From contig JAQGDQ010000034.1 of assembly GCA_030141605.1 (NCBI GenBank), positions 806,001 through 870,000 of the forward strand: 64,000 bases of DNA, read 5' to 3'. A program made the translations under genes and the position numbers. The number at the start of each line of letters is the position of its first letter. The stretch's first letter is position 1. Shown here one piece after another: positions 34,408-48,085 of the stretch. This DNA comes from Tubiluchus corallicola (taxonomy: Eukaryota; Animalia; Priapulida). The notes beneath the pieces are model-generated. The model searched no databases. It was given only the letters and a program-made list of their open reading frames with translations, and had not been told where the DNA came from.

Positions 34408-35381
34408 TGTTGGGAGCCGTTTGGACCACTGCGCCAAGTAGACCACTTGATGCGCTAAAAGTAGTGTCCTACATGGGCAGCCCAAGTAGGACACTAGCGA
34501 TTTTTGTCGAGAAACTTGCTCTGGCAAAACTTGTTTCCAGTTTATATTACCATTGTTTATAAGTATTGTTATGACATAATAAAGCATAAAACAAAATTTC
34601 TTTTAGAAATGGATATTCCTTGGCAATTTACAAATGCATTTCTTACAATAATTTCATCATTATGATTAACTCCTTTAATATATCATAACATTAAACCTAG
34701 TATCTAATGCTTTAAAGAGAGAAATTCTGCACACAGTTATTACAGAAATAATTGCAAATTTAAAAATGAGACAGATGCTGCTAAGCCTTCACAACACCAA
34801 AAAGTAATTTTTAACATTTAAGAAAAGCAAGGATAATTAGTTTTAATATTATCAGTAGTATTGTAACATGTAGGGCACTGTCCTACATGGCTCGCTAGCC
34901 CATGTAGGACACATAGATCGCTAGAACGTTTACTTATAAGAAAACAATTATTTGCCCAAGAGGTAGTGAAACGGATCACTTGTTTGTGAAGTGAGACAAA
35001 ATCAAAAATGATATACCTTAAACAAATGTTGAATTCGCAAAAAAGTGAGGTTTTTTCACTTCAACAACATTAATATCGAAACCAAATTTAATATTGTCCG
35101 TTCTACCAGCTCAGAATAAAATTCTTTTATTTTATTAGATGTATAATAAATTATTCAACGTGTATTAACGTTTTTAATTATTATTATTACATAAACAAGC
35201 ACAACGGACGGTGTCAGTACACTTAACGACTGAATTCACGACCTGTCTCTAGTGTCCTACTTGGGCAGCCCAAGTAGACCGCGGTCTACTTGGGCTAGCC
35301 CATGTAGACCGCGGTCTACTTAGGCTAGCCCAAGTAGACCAATTGGTCTACTTGGCGCAGTGGTCCAAACGGCTCCCAACA
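34408..35381. mobile_element. non-autonomous TIR element (TGT..ACA termini, 5-bp TSD), Ginger-like MITE B
   Basis: Perfect 38-bp TIR TGTTGGGAGCCGTTTGGACCACTGCGCCAAGTAGACCA; TGTGG on both flanks; interior homologous to MITE A in the opposite orientation. Confidence 0.92.
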
Positions 35382-38300
35382 TGTGGTATTGTGTTCTCTT
35401 GTGTAATGAACTTCTATTGTTTCATTTATTAACTCAAGAAGCAAACAATCAATGAAATTACGTGGACCTTCAGGCTGTCACTTTGTTGGTTCGTATGTAA
35501 TACTTGAAATTCTTTGCACTTTTGATAAAAGAAGATTAATAATGACGGTCTGTACCACACATTGTGTGGCACACGACTACAAATAAAACCGTTTAGCAAC
35601 ACGTTAAATCACTTTTAATTAAGAAAAAGGCTTGTGTGTTAGTTTTATAAATCATTTGCCCCTGCGTTATATTCTTTTTTTCTATATTCACGTTGTATCC
35701 GTTTAGTGTACACCTTTTGTACCATTCGAGTAACAAAAATAAATAAATAATAATAACAAATTTGTGGACTTAAATGATGGGTTCTTTACTCATAGCATTT
35801 TATTGTATTATCACATCACTTCATTGGTTAGCCTATTACTATCAACTAGCTGTAATTAATTATTATCTTCTGTTTACTGCTTTACACCCTTAGTTAATGA
35901 TAAATTGATAAAAATAGTTTCGTGTACATCTCCTTCAGGCATATACTGATATACCATGCCATTTTGATTTTTAGGAGAATTTTTCATTAGTTGCTCACAA
36001 AATTTTATTTGCTTGTCTATTGCACTTTAATTTCAACCTGTGGCATTGATCATAACTAACCTAACTTAGGCAATAGAAAAGCACAGCTTTGTTTTTAACT
36101 GTACTCCAGATATATTACCAGCATGTAATTATAAAACATTTTTTCTGAATATCATACTGAAGTGAAAAAATACGAGAAGGAATTGATTGCCTTGTTTGGA
36201 ACTTTAAAACATTTTGGAAACTTTCAACTTGAACTGTTTGCTCACATTGCTGTCCTTTTTTGCACTTAAATTCTTATCATTATGAGCAAATTTTAGGCAG
36301 TTTGAGATGAAGTGTGTTTTCAAAAAAAAATTACACTTTGTTAGGTGAGGTGAGATTGTGTTAATTTATTCATAATTGTAAGAAATATAGGCAATGAAAT
36401 TTATGTTAGAATTGTTTTTATATACTTCATCATTTTTCAACTTGAATATAAGCATTCAACGCATGGCCTATGCATGTTTGCAGTGATACCTGAGCTTGAG
36501 TCATTATCGAGGCTATTCCTCTGAGTTGAGCCACTCAACCAGTAGTGGTGTTACAGCCACAGTTAGATGTATGTGCATTCTCCCTCTATGAAGTAAACAG
36601 TTATAGTCTCTATGGCAAATGAAACTGCCCAGAAGAAGTACGGAATCCCTGTGTTCATGAGCCATGCACAGTGACATTATGTGACTTCTCAATGAATGTC
36701 TACCCACAATTGCCTGAAATGGAGGCAATAATCATTATTACGTAATCTTGCTCATTTGCATATTTCACAGTACAATAAATTCAGAGTCACATTAAAATCA
36801 GCCAAGCTGACTTAGCCTTGTCATCAATTTTAACTAATAATTTTGTCTTGTTGTTTACAAAAGTGCTGGTAATCTCTCTTCTGCAATGTGGAGTAAATGG
36901 TAACCGAAAAGCTACATTACCTGATTGAATTCACCATTAGATTTTATACTAAAACTGCTTTTCGCATTTTGACATTGGTTCACGAATGTAAAGAGATATC
37001 AGTCTTAGGGCTTTGATATCCACTATTTTTGTCTTGTAAATTCCAGACAGCAAAGAGATAGTCACACCAGTACGACAACATACACACTAATTCAGAATTT
37101 ATATATCCACGGGCATATTAATTAAATCATAATTTTTTCATTTTTTTGTGCATAGTTGTAAATATGTTTGATTTTATTCGTCGTTATTTTCCATTACTGC
37201 ACAGTAGTTTAGATTGCAGAGACGCATTTGCAGTGTAAGTTTTTATTAACTAACACTGATTGATCATCTCTCTAAAATTTTTATAAGCGATTATCAATGT
37301 ATTTTAATGGCAAATAAAGATTATTATATATATAGTTATCATTTACAAAATTCTTATCTTTTGTTCTGCTCATTGATATTCACAGAATATCCTAACAACC
37401 CAGTGCTTGAATTTTCTCTTATTTTTTTCTATACAATTTTCCGCTTTTAGATACAGCGTTTGTATGAGAATATTGAAACAAATGCATTTTAGGCAAATTT
37501 TCTACACGGTTTGAAATTCTCTACACAGATGGCTCTGTGAGTAGAATGGTCTAATTTAGGAATGTATAACATTGTATAGTTATCCATGCTTGCTGTGAAT
37601 CAAGACATGTCCATATTCTCGTATTAAAACGTATTTATTTTAAATCACATTCTAAGAGTCGTGCATAAAATCTCTAATAATGTATGTGTCGAATCAGGAA
37701 GTGTCAGCCAAGATAAAAAATGTGGAGCGTTAAAAAATGAATGTGTATCTAAGCACCTGCATAGTTGATTTATTAAGTGACTTACGCCATAAGACAGTGT
37801 TTAAGTGCATGCTAATGGTTCATTAGACTCATTAGTCACATTTAATTGTCTTAGCAAAGTTTCAGTTATGTATGTGAAGCAAAAACTTTCCCAATTATTA
37901 TGGCAAGTACAAAATGTAGTTTTTTGGACCTTGTAATTTTAAAAAAATGATAATTTGACTGAAGTTAGATATAACTGAATCATTTCAATAAATTTGGTCA
38001 TTGTCTGTGGGTGTTAGTTTAAGGTTACCATTTCAGTAACTGACTGAGCGATTTTTTAGTGCGAACTTCTAACATTTTATAAAAGATAATCTTTTTGTTT
38101 TTTGAAATGAAGTTTACGCATGTTGTTTCCATCATATGTCAAGTTTAATAGTTGGATGAAAGGCAGACTTGCAGGTACCTTGTTGAACATTTGAAATTTT
38201 GACGTAGGTTTAATCTACGATCATGTTTCAGTCAAACTAATAACGAAATTCCTTCGTCACTGAACATTCTGAATGATTATTCATGTACAACCCCAATAAG

Positions 38301-38669
38301 CAAAAATAGAATTTTTTGTGAAAGTAAAGAAATGGCTTTAAATTATACCATAGAAGAGAAACTAATTTATGAAATCTTTTGGTCTTGTCGACGTGAATGA
38401 GTTGATTCAAAATTGTATAGTGTATTATTTTTTTATATATATTTCTATTGTTAATAATTATTTATCCACTTACCTCTGTATTGTGTAATTTGCATGATAA
38501 ATTATACATACAAAGCTTCTTGATGTGGGTGGGAGTCTGCTTGACTACTTTACAAGAATGGTTATCAGACTGTCACAGAAATCACTCGTGACATATTTCA
38601 GGTTGAATACTTAGACATTGGTAAACTTGTGGTCTGTCGATTTTTGTGAAAATCTGTTCAGTGTTTATG

Positions 38670-38960
38670 AGTTTTAAACTTTGCTTAGAGGCTCCAAAGA
38701 ACACCACTTATTGAAGTATTCGCAAACCTGTTGTGGAAAAGTGTACATCTCTCCACTTTGTGGGCACTTGTGCCTCAGTATTTTGTGGCTGTACCAGAAC
38801 CTGTTTTATCTAAGATGAGACAGTTATCTAGTAGAGGTTTCTTAACCACATTCAGATGTGAATATATCCTCCCTTAAGGTACAGAAACCGCCTGAATCAA
38901 GTGTTGCACCTGCTGCAGCTACCTATCACCTATCAAATATCCATTCACTGATCAGCCTCT
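38670..38960 (-). mobile_element. possible LINE ORF2 3' remnant
   Basis: Broken minus frame ERCTLFHNRFANTSIKWCSLE weakly resembles the RT.LF.NSFFP..I..WNSL C-terminus of CR1/L2-type ORF2. Confidence 0.3.
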
Positions 38961-39049
38961 GCATTGCATAACTTGCGTAATTAAGTAGCACATGTCTTAA
39001 CCTTATATTAATAAAAATAATAATTTCATGTAGGACATGCTTTAGGACA

Positions 39050-39219
39050 CTCCAGGTACTTACTTCCAATTGTGGTTATTTTTACCCGCTTGCTACTTTG
39101 ATAAACCTGCGGGCTTGGTCGATGATTCAGCGGTACCATTTTTTTTATTTTTGGTGTGCTAAGTAGGTAGTTGACTCCTGGGTAGGAAGCGAGCACGCTA
39201 CCATTGAGCTATTGTCCCC
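39050..39219 (-). mobile_element. degenerate tRNA-derived SINE
   Basis: Minus strand GGGGACAATAGCTCAATGGTAGCGTGCTCGCTTCC (A-box and D arm), later AAAAATGGTACC; B-box not recognisable. Confidence 0.5.
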
Positions 39220-39479
39220 AATGTTCTAGCATGACATGCATGTCACTTTGATAGCAGCAGATGACTTATAGTGAAATATAATTCAATGAAATTACATTCT
39301 GTTAGGAGCCTGGAACATTGCAGTAGATTTCAACAGAAACACATTACAACATCATTCACGGAACAGTATTTAGGCGCACAAGTGGACTACTGAGTTGTGT
39401 CACAGTTAAACTGTCATTTTAAACTCATTTTCTGAATTCTGTTGGACATTTATCAAGCTCCGGTTTTGTTGTAAAATAA

Positions 39480-39726
39480 CCGCTAACAAATAACTGAGGA
39501 TTTCGCAGGTCCATTAGTTATTCCAACTTGCTCGACTGCTGCCTGACAGCAGAGAACGTATGCGTGGAACCAGTCACTGTGACCAGCGCAGTAGCTACGA
39601 GAGTGGAACGCAGGTTTTGGCGTGCTGTTTGATGCTTGTGACTGTGTGAAATTTGCAGGGTTTTTGTCTCCATTACTTAGCACTTCACCTGTTATAGGTT
39701 GATCGTTATAACTTCGCGTTGTTAAA
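39480..39726 (+). promoter_or_regulatory. candidate promoter and non-coding first exon of the LAP gene
   Basis: CpG-enriched island ending in AA|GTAAGT donor at 39727; the first coding exon at 59059/59062 has an acceptor, so needs an upstream exon. Confidence 0.4.
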
Positions 39727-40138
39727 GTAAGTTTCTAATTTATAGAATTTTATGCTCGTTGCGTTTTAAATTGCATTTGCGTTTCGATCATTATGTTATA
39801 CCCTTGATACCCAAATTATGTGCAAGCTGTTGCAGGAGTATGGATTGGCGGTTTCGCAGCCTGTGATAAATAATCATTGCTTTACATAGTTGCCGGTACG
39901 TCAGTAATTATTTTAGTAACAGAAGCTATAGGATAATAGTGGAACTGTGCATTGTAGAAGCGTTAGGTCGTTACTATGCCATAATTATGTGATACGGTGT
40001 TTGATCTTGCATATTGTTTATTACCATTAGCATTATCATTTCAAATTTTCAGCGCGTGACGTCTAGGTTTTTCTTTGTAGGTAAAACGATACTGGCAATT
40101 TTTGTCCATACAGTATGTTTATGTAGACAATTTTGTTT

Positions 40139-40289
40139 GAATCCAGGTAATAAAGTCTCAGAAAAAAGTTACAGGAAAAAAAGAAATAACCTTAACCCTA
40201 ACCATAGCCAAAATTAATTCCTGTGCCTTTTTCTAGCCAAAATTGTGATTTTTCCGTGACTTTTTTCATGTCACTTTATTGCTGGTCAT
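40139..40289 (+). mobile_element. same short element family as 10432-10593, copy 3
   Basis: GAATCCAGGTAATAAAGTCTCAGAAAAAAGTTACAGG...TAACCTTAACCCTAACCATAGCCAAAATTAAT... Confidence 0.75.
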
Positions 40290-42134
40290 CTTATGGAATC
40301 TATATAGTATTATACAATGTATTTTGTTCTTTTTTAAAAGTAGGTTTTTTGTGCTTGTATGTAGGCCATGATGAAGGTAGGCCCATATAGGCCATGCCCA
40401 TTTTATCTGAGTTTTTCAACAAATGTGTAATGCTAGATAACATCTGTAGGAAACATTTGAACATGGCTGTCCCTGGGTCGTCTGAGGTAGATGGAATGTC
40501 AAAATGAACAGTCCATTTTTCATCCATTATAAACTATGAAACCTGTTTTAGTACACCTAATACGTGTCGAGGCGCCCTCTTCTTAAGTTACTACGGATTT
40601 GGAAATTGAAACACAGTCACTGTTGCCTGTAAATTTATGTGAATTTTCTAAAACGACAAAGGTTGATTTTAATTTATTGACCGTGCATTTAGTATTTGCG
40701 CTGCGAACTCGTTTTAACTTTGACGGGATACTTCATTACCTGACTAAGATGTATCATACAATTACCCATCCCATTGTCATACAAAAGGCGTTTAACCTCT
40801 GGTATCAATGCTGAGTAAAAATCGTCTCTCACATCTCACTTCCCTTTCTGATAAGCTGAGTGTTGTATTTTACTTCCTAAATCACTTAACACACAGAAAA
40901 TACGTAAGAAATTAACAAAATATTGAACAAAATTTATGGAAGCCTAAATTTATATAGTAATTGAATGTCAACTTCTTGTAAGATCTACAACAAAAGTGAC
41001 AACGAAAAATTAATGTTTTAATAATTATGCACTTTTTGATACTTATGCAATATATTGCTCTAATATAATCATGTATGGAAAGTATGAAGGGAAGAAATTG
41101 TAAATGTAAATAATTTGTGCTTTAAAAATTGGAGTATAAGTGTTGCTCACTCTGTAAGTTTAACTCTTTTACTTAAAGTTTAACTTAAGTTTACACAACA
41201 TCATCAAAGCAATTAACACTCGTGTTGTAATATGTGTACCGTGTGTGTATTTTGTCTTAGTTCAGCGCAGAAAAACTATTGCAACCGTCAAAATTTAATA
41301 ACTAAATTCAAATTTGTTAACTGCCTCACGCGTCGTGAATTAGTTAAAAGCCATGTGCTGCCCCTGCATTTCACAAAAACTCGTCTGCTTTGTAACATAC
41401 TACATTCGTGCAATTTTCTGGAATAAATAAATCTAATCAGTATTTTGGCAACCAAATAATTGTAGGTTTAACGCCAAATTTTTACATATTAGTTTAAAAC
41501 TCGTTTTCAGTCCTTTTCGGCGTAAATTCGCTGTGCAATCATTGTTGAACCATAAACGCATAAAATTGTACCGCAGCACACGAACCTCGCGCACCCTGGA
41601 GGCAAGTTTCTGGCTCTTGACCCGATAATGCACACATAACTGGCTAAACACTACAATAGTTCGTAGATTCTTCCTTTTGTTAACAAAATGTATTATCAGC
41701 TAAGCGAACTTTGTCTTCAACGTATTGAGCACCAGACCCACCGTGCAGGTGCGGAAAAAGCTTACTGCAGAGATTTGTATCATAAAATGATTACCGTAAT
41801 TTTCTGCTACAAATTTCCAGGAATGATAATGTGCTAAGGATATATTCACCTCTGGCAGTGTTGTTGATGGTTTGGTATGTCTTTAGAAAAAAGAAATTGT
41901 TGTAAATAAAGTGAAGTCATGGACTGAATAGCAATAGGTCACCATAATTTTTAGTGTATAATTTTTTTATGTATATTATTTGTATATATATATATATATT
42001 TATATTTGTTATAATATTTATATTAACTGAATTATTAATGTTAAATTGTTTTAAGGCCGGTTTTTGTACAGCTTATCTACGTTGGCTACGTTTTTATCAA
42101 GTTTAATGCTTTAATCCTTTTAGCGTTCGCTGCT

Positions 42135-42600
42135 TAAGTTCACATGGCCTTTGTTGCAAGGCGAGAATGCAAACTACTACGCCACAACATGGTCTTCACC
42201 ACTAGGCCCATTTGCAATATTTCTGATGGTCCATTTAATATGATTTTCGATTTGTTTCGTAACATGCCTCTTTCTCTCACCGTGTGAGTCTTGAAGAGTT
42301 GCACCATTTGGTCTTTTCTATTTGGAATACAATATCTTCCTTTGTTTGCTGACCTTTGCAACTTCGCGTTTTCCCAAGTATTGGAACTGAACCCTGTAAA
42401 ACTCTCCATCTCTGCCCAGGTTAGCCTGTACATCTCTAGACGATGGGAAAGAGACGAATGTTTTGTGAAAAAATGGGGCTGTGTAATTTAACGATTTACA
42501 CAAAGTTGGCTAAGCAGAATCAGGTTTGGTGTGTTTGCATAAGGGCTAATGGAGTCACCTTCTTTGTGCTGACTACATGAAACGACTTTGGGTACTAGCA
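42135..42600 (-). mobile_element. possible LINE ORF2 C-terminal remnant
   Basis: GC-richer block; SLSHRLEMYRLTW...NKGRYCIP...ILNGP loosely resembles the SL..RRERY..I...GR.C.IP...GP motif of CR1/L2-like LINE ends. Confidence 0.3.
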
Positions 42601-45600
42601 CTACAGTCTTGTAAATCAGTTACAATGTTTAGCTGAAGTTTTCAAAAAATACATCCTTATCCTGTGAAAAGAACATTTAATTTTTTTCAACGTGAATTTT
42701 AAAGTTTTCAGAAATTTAAAATTAAATTATAGGGCTTTAGCCGTGACAAGAAAGTGTCATTTCTTCGTAAGCACATACAGTAGAATAAAATTTATTTTCC
42801 ATTAGATCTTATAAGTTATATCATTGGGTCTTATATGTTTAGTCAAAGAAAATCATGTTCAATTGATAGCAAGCACGTTATTGTAATCATATAATTTTTG
42901 TAAGCCTGTAAATATATTAAACTGCTTAGCCTCTACTGTTTCTTTTACTGTTTTAATGTGACGATACCCAAGTGTTGGGATGTTTTTGTGTAATGCGTGA
43001 TTTTTTATGTACACCGTATTGTGTGGTTCGTCAATACACTATGTAAATATCACTTGAATGGCTATCTGAATCGCATTTTAAGCCACAGACACTCAGAATA
43101 AAATATATTAGGATAACCAGGATCGTAGCACAGTAGAACAAATCCAGTGTTCCTGTCTAAAATTTTGAATAGAAGTGCCATTCGAATACACAGCTTTCTG
43201 TGCACTATGCTGGATTTAGAATTTAGATGAGTTTTACATATGTTGTGGCATTTAGGAGCATTTTAAGGGTCTTCTTCATTTTAATGGTTTTTCTTCAAGA
43301 AGACGTTATTTCAGAGGTCAGGTGTTAATTAGTACATTTAGACATTTTGGATTGATGTTTGACAGGTTCTTGCCAATGATTAGAACAAGAATGAATTTGT
43401 CTATAAGGCTAAATAGTGTTTTTTCAATCTCAATATAGCCCTATGAAGTGAACTGATAATTTAAAAGCAAATGATAAGTGTTCGAGCAATACTGGATAAA
43501 AGATGTCAGATAATACCATGTGAAATACCCCTTACCTAGATGCAGAACAGTTAGATTCAAGAACAGCTTTATCTAAAATGATTTGTTTGAATTCCAAACT
43601 TAAATTTTGACTCATTTTTATGTTAATTTATTTCGTTCATGTATCTTGCAACAATGTAATAGTGCTTGTCTTGCTTATTATTTTAAGAATTTTGTATGTT
43701 TTATAATTTTATGCTGTGTTGTAGTTCAACCTTTTGGTGGTAACTGATGATAAATGAACTTATTCTCCCGTATTCTCTATGTTCTCTAAGATACAGTAAC
43801 GCGTAACGCCACGTCCATGATACCAATGGCCGAAGTTGACGAAGGGAAAGAGATGTGTGTTAAAACGCACATGAACATCATCTGTAAATGAATGTAAAAT
43901 TGCAAATCGGCGCGAAAAGTTATTTAAAGCGCATGCATCGTGTAACACCAAATCATGCACATTGAACGATACTTTTCAGTATGTTGATCTCACCTATCAG
44001 CTTGTTTTAATCCACGTTTTTGCAGTAAGAACACTTGAGTATATTATTATGCAGTGTTGACTCCATAGTTGACCATTACTAAGGTTTTCACCCATTCTTG
44101 CCAAAGATTAAAAAAGTATAGTAAAAATTTTTTTAGATAGACACATTCTTTCTCCTGCAATATTATTAGTTGTTATAGTTGAACTATACTGTTAAAACGT
44201 TATAAATGTGATTATAATCGCCTTTTCGGTTAATCACGTTTTTGTATTAGATATGACTTTTGTATTGACATGATTAGTCTTTGTGTCATAATGCACATAA
44301 GATGATGCCATGGTTCCACATTTCATTATGTATTATCTACATTTACTATGTAACTCTGCAATGGGTCACTTTACTTTGCGTAGCCTGTACGTTATGCGGT
44401 GGTTTTTTTCACCTTGTACAGGCCTCCCTGGCCAATTTATTGTGCTGTATCTTTTCTGTTATTTTCTTATGGCTAAAATAAATAAATATCAAAAATATCA
44501 AATATAATCTCCAGAATACATTCTCCAGGAAACAGTCCCAACTTGTGGTAAGTGACTCGAGTGTCAAATCCCTTCCACCAATCTCAGAGGACGTCAACCT
44601 TTTTATTCGCCATGATCTCAAAAAATGTTGAACTCAGATCGTCCTGTATCATTTTAACATTACCCAACAGGGTGCTTGTTACATCTGAAATTGTGTTAAG
44701 TGCCTGCACTGGTTTTTAATTTGAAATTTAAAATTGCAGAATCGAAGTGGAGCCTTCAGACATGTCAGTTTCTCCTTATTTATTCACCCTAATAGATAGA
44801 CTGATTGTGGAATGTCGTCAGCACGTCTCGATTTCATTTCATTTTATTTGTTTTTAGGATTTTTTTCTATTTGTAGTAAAATCATGCCATTATGATTTAA
44901 TTCACTCGTTCTGTTGTCTGTTTTCGTGTGTTCGGTTTGTGACCTTGGGGGGGGGGGGTAAAGATAATAAAAATCTTAGATTTATACGTATATCTCCAAA
45001 GTATCAAAACCGTTTTTGGCCGATTTTTTGTTGTGGATACTTGAGATTGCATTCTAACAGAATTTGAAGAGAAAAATTCTATTGCCATTTGTTCTAGGTA
45101 CCTCCTTACTTTGAGCTGTCTTTACCAACCTAGTTTGTCTGTTGTCTGTTTGAAGCAATTTTTCATTTAAGCTGGCAATTTTGTATATTTTGAAAGTACG
45201 TTGTGGTCACAAGTTTAACCGAACCTTTTTTGCACTTTACGACTCTGTTTTAATAATTTATCGATTTGCAGACAAATTCGGCCGGGAAGCACAGAGGCCG
45301 CGTGCAATCTCAGTTTAAATCAATCACCAGGAAAATTTTCGGATTACCTACATATATTTTGTTGTCAGTAATTAGAATATTCAGTTCACATTAAAAACTA
45401 GGGTTCGTAAATTATAAAGGGCTGCGGTTACTGAAGGTTAGCGAAAGGTTAATTGAGATGAACGATAATTGGACCAGACGCCATGGAGGAAGATTTCTCG
45501 AACTGGAGAAATAGTCGGTTTTTTTCTGGAGCTAAAATTTTATTCTTGAACTGTGAGAATGAATTAAGCATTAGTCCTTGTTTTAAACTGTACTGTACGT

Positions 45601-46706
45601 GAGAGTGGTATCCACCATTTTTTAGTTTAACAAATTGTGTACAAGAGAGCAGCACTTAGTATCAGGGTGTCCTACCAATATGCATGGTCTTAATACAAGC
45701 TAGTTCCAAAACCTATCTCATTTTTCGAGAGCAATTATCATTTATCTCCTCTCCGATGAGATGCTAACTCGTCTAAGTGACTACTGTGACATTCAAAACC
45801 AAACTAGTCATTTTTATACACGGATTAACTCTTTAATAAGAAAATTTTCCGCGTTCGGATAATGTTAAAAATCATGCTATTTAAGAGTTACTGCTGCAAC
45901 GTTTGCTCACTGTATGTCTTTATGGACTAATTATAGTAATGGTGTGATAGACAGACTGTGTATTGCCATACATTAATGGTATCAGAAAGCTGTTTCGCTT
46001 AAAGTACGATTGGGAGTGCTTCTGGCATGTGTGTGAACATATCTCTGCCACATCTTAGTCATATTCTTCATAGCGTTCGAAATACATTACTACTGTACAC
46101 TGGGAATAGTATTATAACTGCTATTATTAACTTACGTAGACTTGTCAAATTTTGCTTTTTTGTGAAATGGAACGAACTGTATATATACTCTTGTAATTTT
46201 TATTTCATTGCATTTTGTTTCATTTTAGTACTGTATTTGTATTTTATATGGTCTTAGTTACCGAAATAAAAACTTTAATTGAATTGATAAGGTGCTTATC
46301 CACTTTTTGATGCTCGTACAATATCCGCCTCGCAGACTCTCTTAACACGTGTAATAGCCGTTTGCTGTAAAGCAAAGGCCGTCATTTATTCACCGGTCAC
46401 TCGTCCATCTGCCGACCAGACCTGGCACTATTCAGCTTCGTTGCAAAGCACATGCTGTGACAATTTTTCTATTCTTCGCCTGATAGCGGTCATTTTAACA
46501 GTGGTAAGTGATCAAACAGAAAATAGTATTATCAACAAAAACACTGAATATAGTGATGTTTGACGGTGATTAAAAACCGGTGGTTTTAGTGTTATTCGTG
46601 ATAGTGACGGCAATGCTTATTAAGGTGGCATTGTTTGTGGTTGACATGGCGACAGTGGCGATGATGTTAACATATTGATGATGATGTCTGATAATCGGAG
46701 TCTAAG

Positions 46707-47076
46707 GAAAGGCTAGTTGCGTATGTTGCGTTAATGTTATAAAGGACTAGTTACGTATGACGGTGATGTTGTAAAAGGCTAGTTGCGTATCTTGCGTTGA
46801 TGTTGTAAAGGACTAGTTGCGTATCTAGCATTGATGTTGTAAAGGACTAGTTGCGTATCTAGCGTTGATGTTGTAAAGGACTAGTTGCGTATCTAGCATT
46901 GATGTTGTAAAAGGTTAGTTGCGTATCTCGCGTTGATGTTGTAAAGGACTAGTTGCGTATCTTGCGTTGATGCTGTAAAGGACTAGTTGCGTATCTAGCG
47001 TTGATGTTGTAAAGGACTAGTTGCGTATCTTGCGTTGATGTTGTAAAGGACTAGTTACGTGTCTTGCGCTGATGTT
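46707..47076. repeat. 34-bp minisatellite, ~11 copies
   Basis: Unit GTTGATGTTGTAAAGGACTAGTTGCGTATCT(A/T)GC. Confidence 0.95.
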
Positions 47077-48085
47077 TTTTCTGTGTTGCTTGCTAGTTTT
47101 GACCGTAATTCTGATGACTACAACGACAAAGGTGACCACACTTGGCGTTGCAAAGTTATACGAATGAAACAATAATTGTGGAACTGACGTGGTAGCTACG
47201 GCAGGGATGACATGTCTCAAATGGCCTAGGATCTTTAAAAACATTCTAAAATCTAGAACAAACTGTTCTGTCCTATCTTTGACTTACAGACGGCTTAGGC
47301 CTGATTGGTGTGCCCCATTTATTTTATGCGGGGCTCATCGAGTTTGTTTTCCTGTTTACATTTGCAAATCAATAATCTGGCTGTGGAATTGTAGCTTTTA
47401 GTGAAGTTTAATCCTACAGTCGGCGGTCCTGTTACAAGCGCGTAAAATACCACAACGTGTTTTTTTACTGTTTACAGAATGCTTGCGGCGTAATTATGGT
47501 ATCAGCGTTACTCGGCGATTAGGAGCACTCTTCTTCACAATTATCGTACTGTTTTATTTTTCGCAGCACTAATGTTAAAGGCTGGTTCACAGTAGTTTGC
47601 TTTCAGTTGTTTCATGTGTTCACGTGTAAAATTAACATTGCTTCGTAATTTGCTAGAGTGCGTTTTGCTGTTCTTAATATTTATTCTGCTTCATACAGCG
47701 GACTGAAGCCGGAATCTGGCATTTTTTAGCCTACTAATGTGTTAATGATTGTGATGAGACCAGCTTCTATTTAGATGCCAATGATAAACCCCTGTGATGC
47801 GAAGTTGAACTGGTAGCTGTGCTTGACCATGTGTATCATAGTCTAATATCGACTTATTATAGACATTATAGTCTATAATAACAGCGCAGTTGAGTACTAC
47901 AATATACATATGTGTGTACAATAAATGGGCATAATATGTAGTAAACACTAATATATACCCCGATTAATATTTTAACAGCTTTTGATAATTTATTCGCTTG
48001 CTGTTTAACTTTATAAACAGGTCTTTTTCGTCGTGAAGCTATTCTTGTTATCGTTGTTTATGTGAAACAAAACTCTCATTTACGT

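Noticed and set aside
32600-38600. Additional plus-strand gene between TMEM86 and LAP
   Set aside because: UTR-like AT-rich sequence but no coherent exon chain or recognisable peptide; a lncRNA cannot be excluded
43800-43960. BED zinc-finger or hAT transposase remnant (YLKRMH)
   Set aside because: Motif pieces fall in different frames and similarity is too weak to support
46707-47076. CRISPR array (34-bp repeats beginning GTT)
   Set aside because: No spacers; ordinary minisatellite
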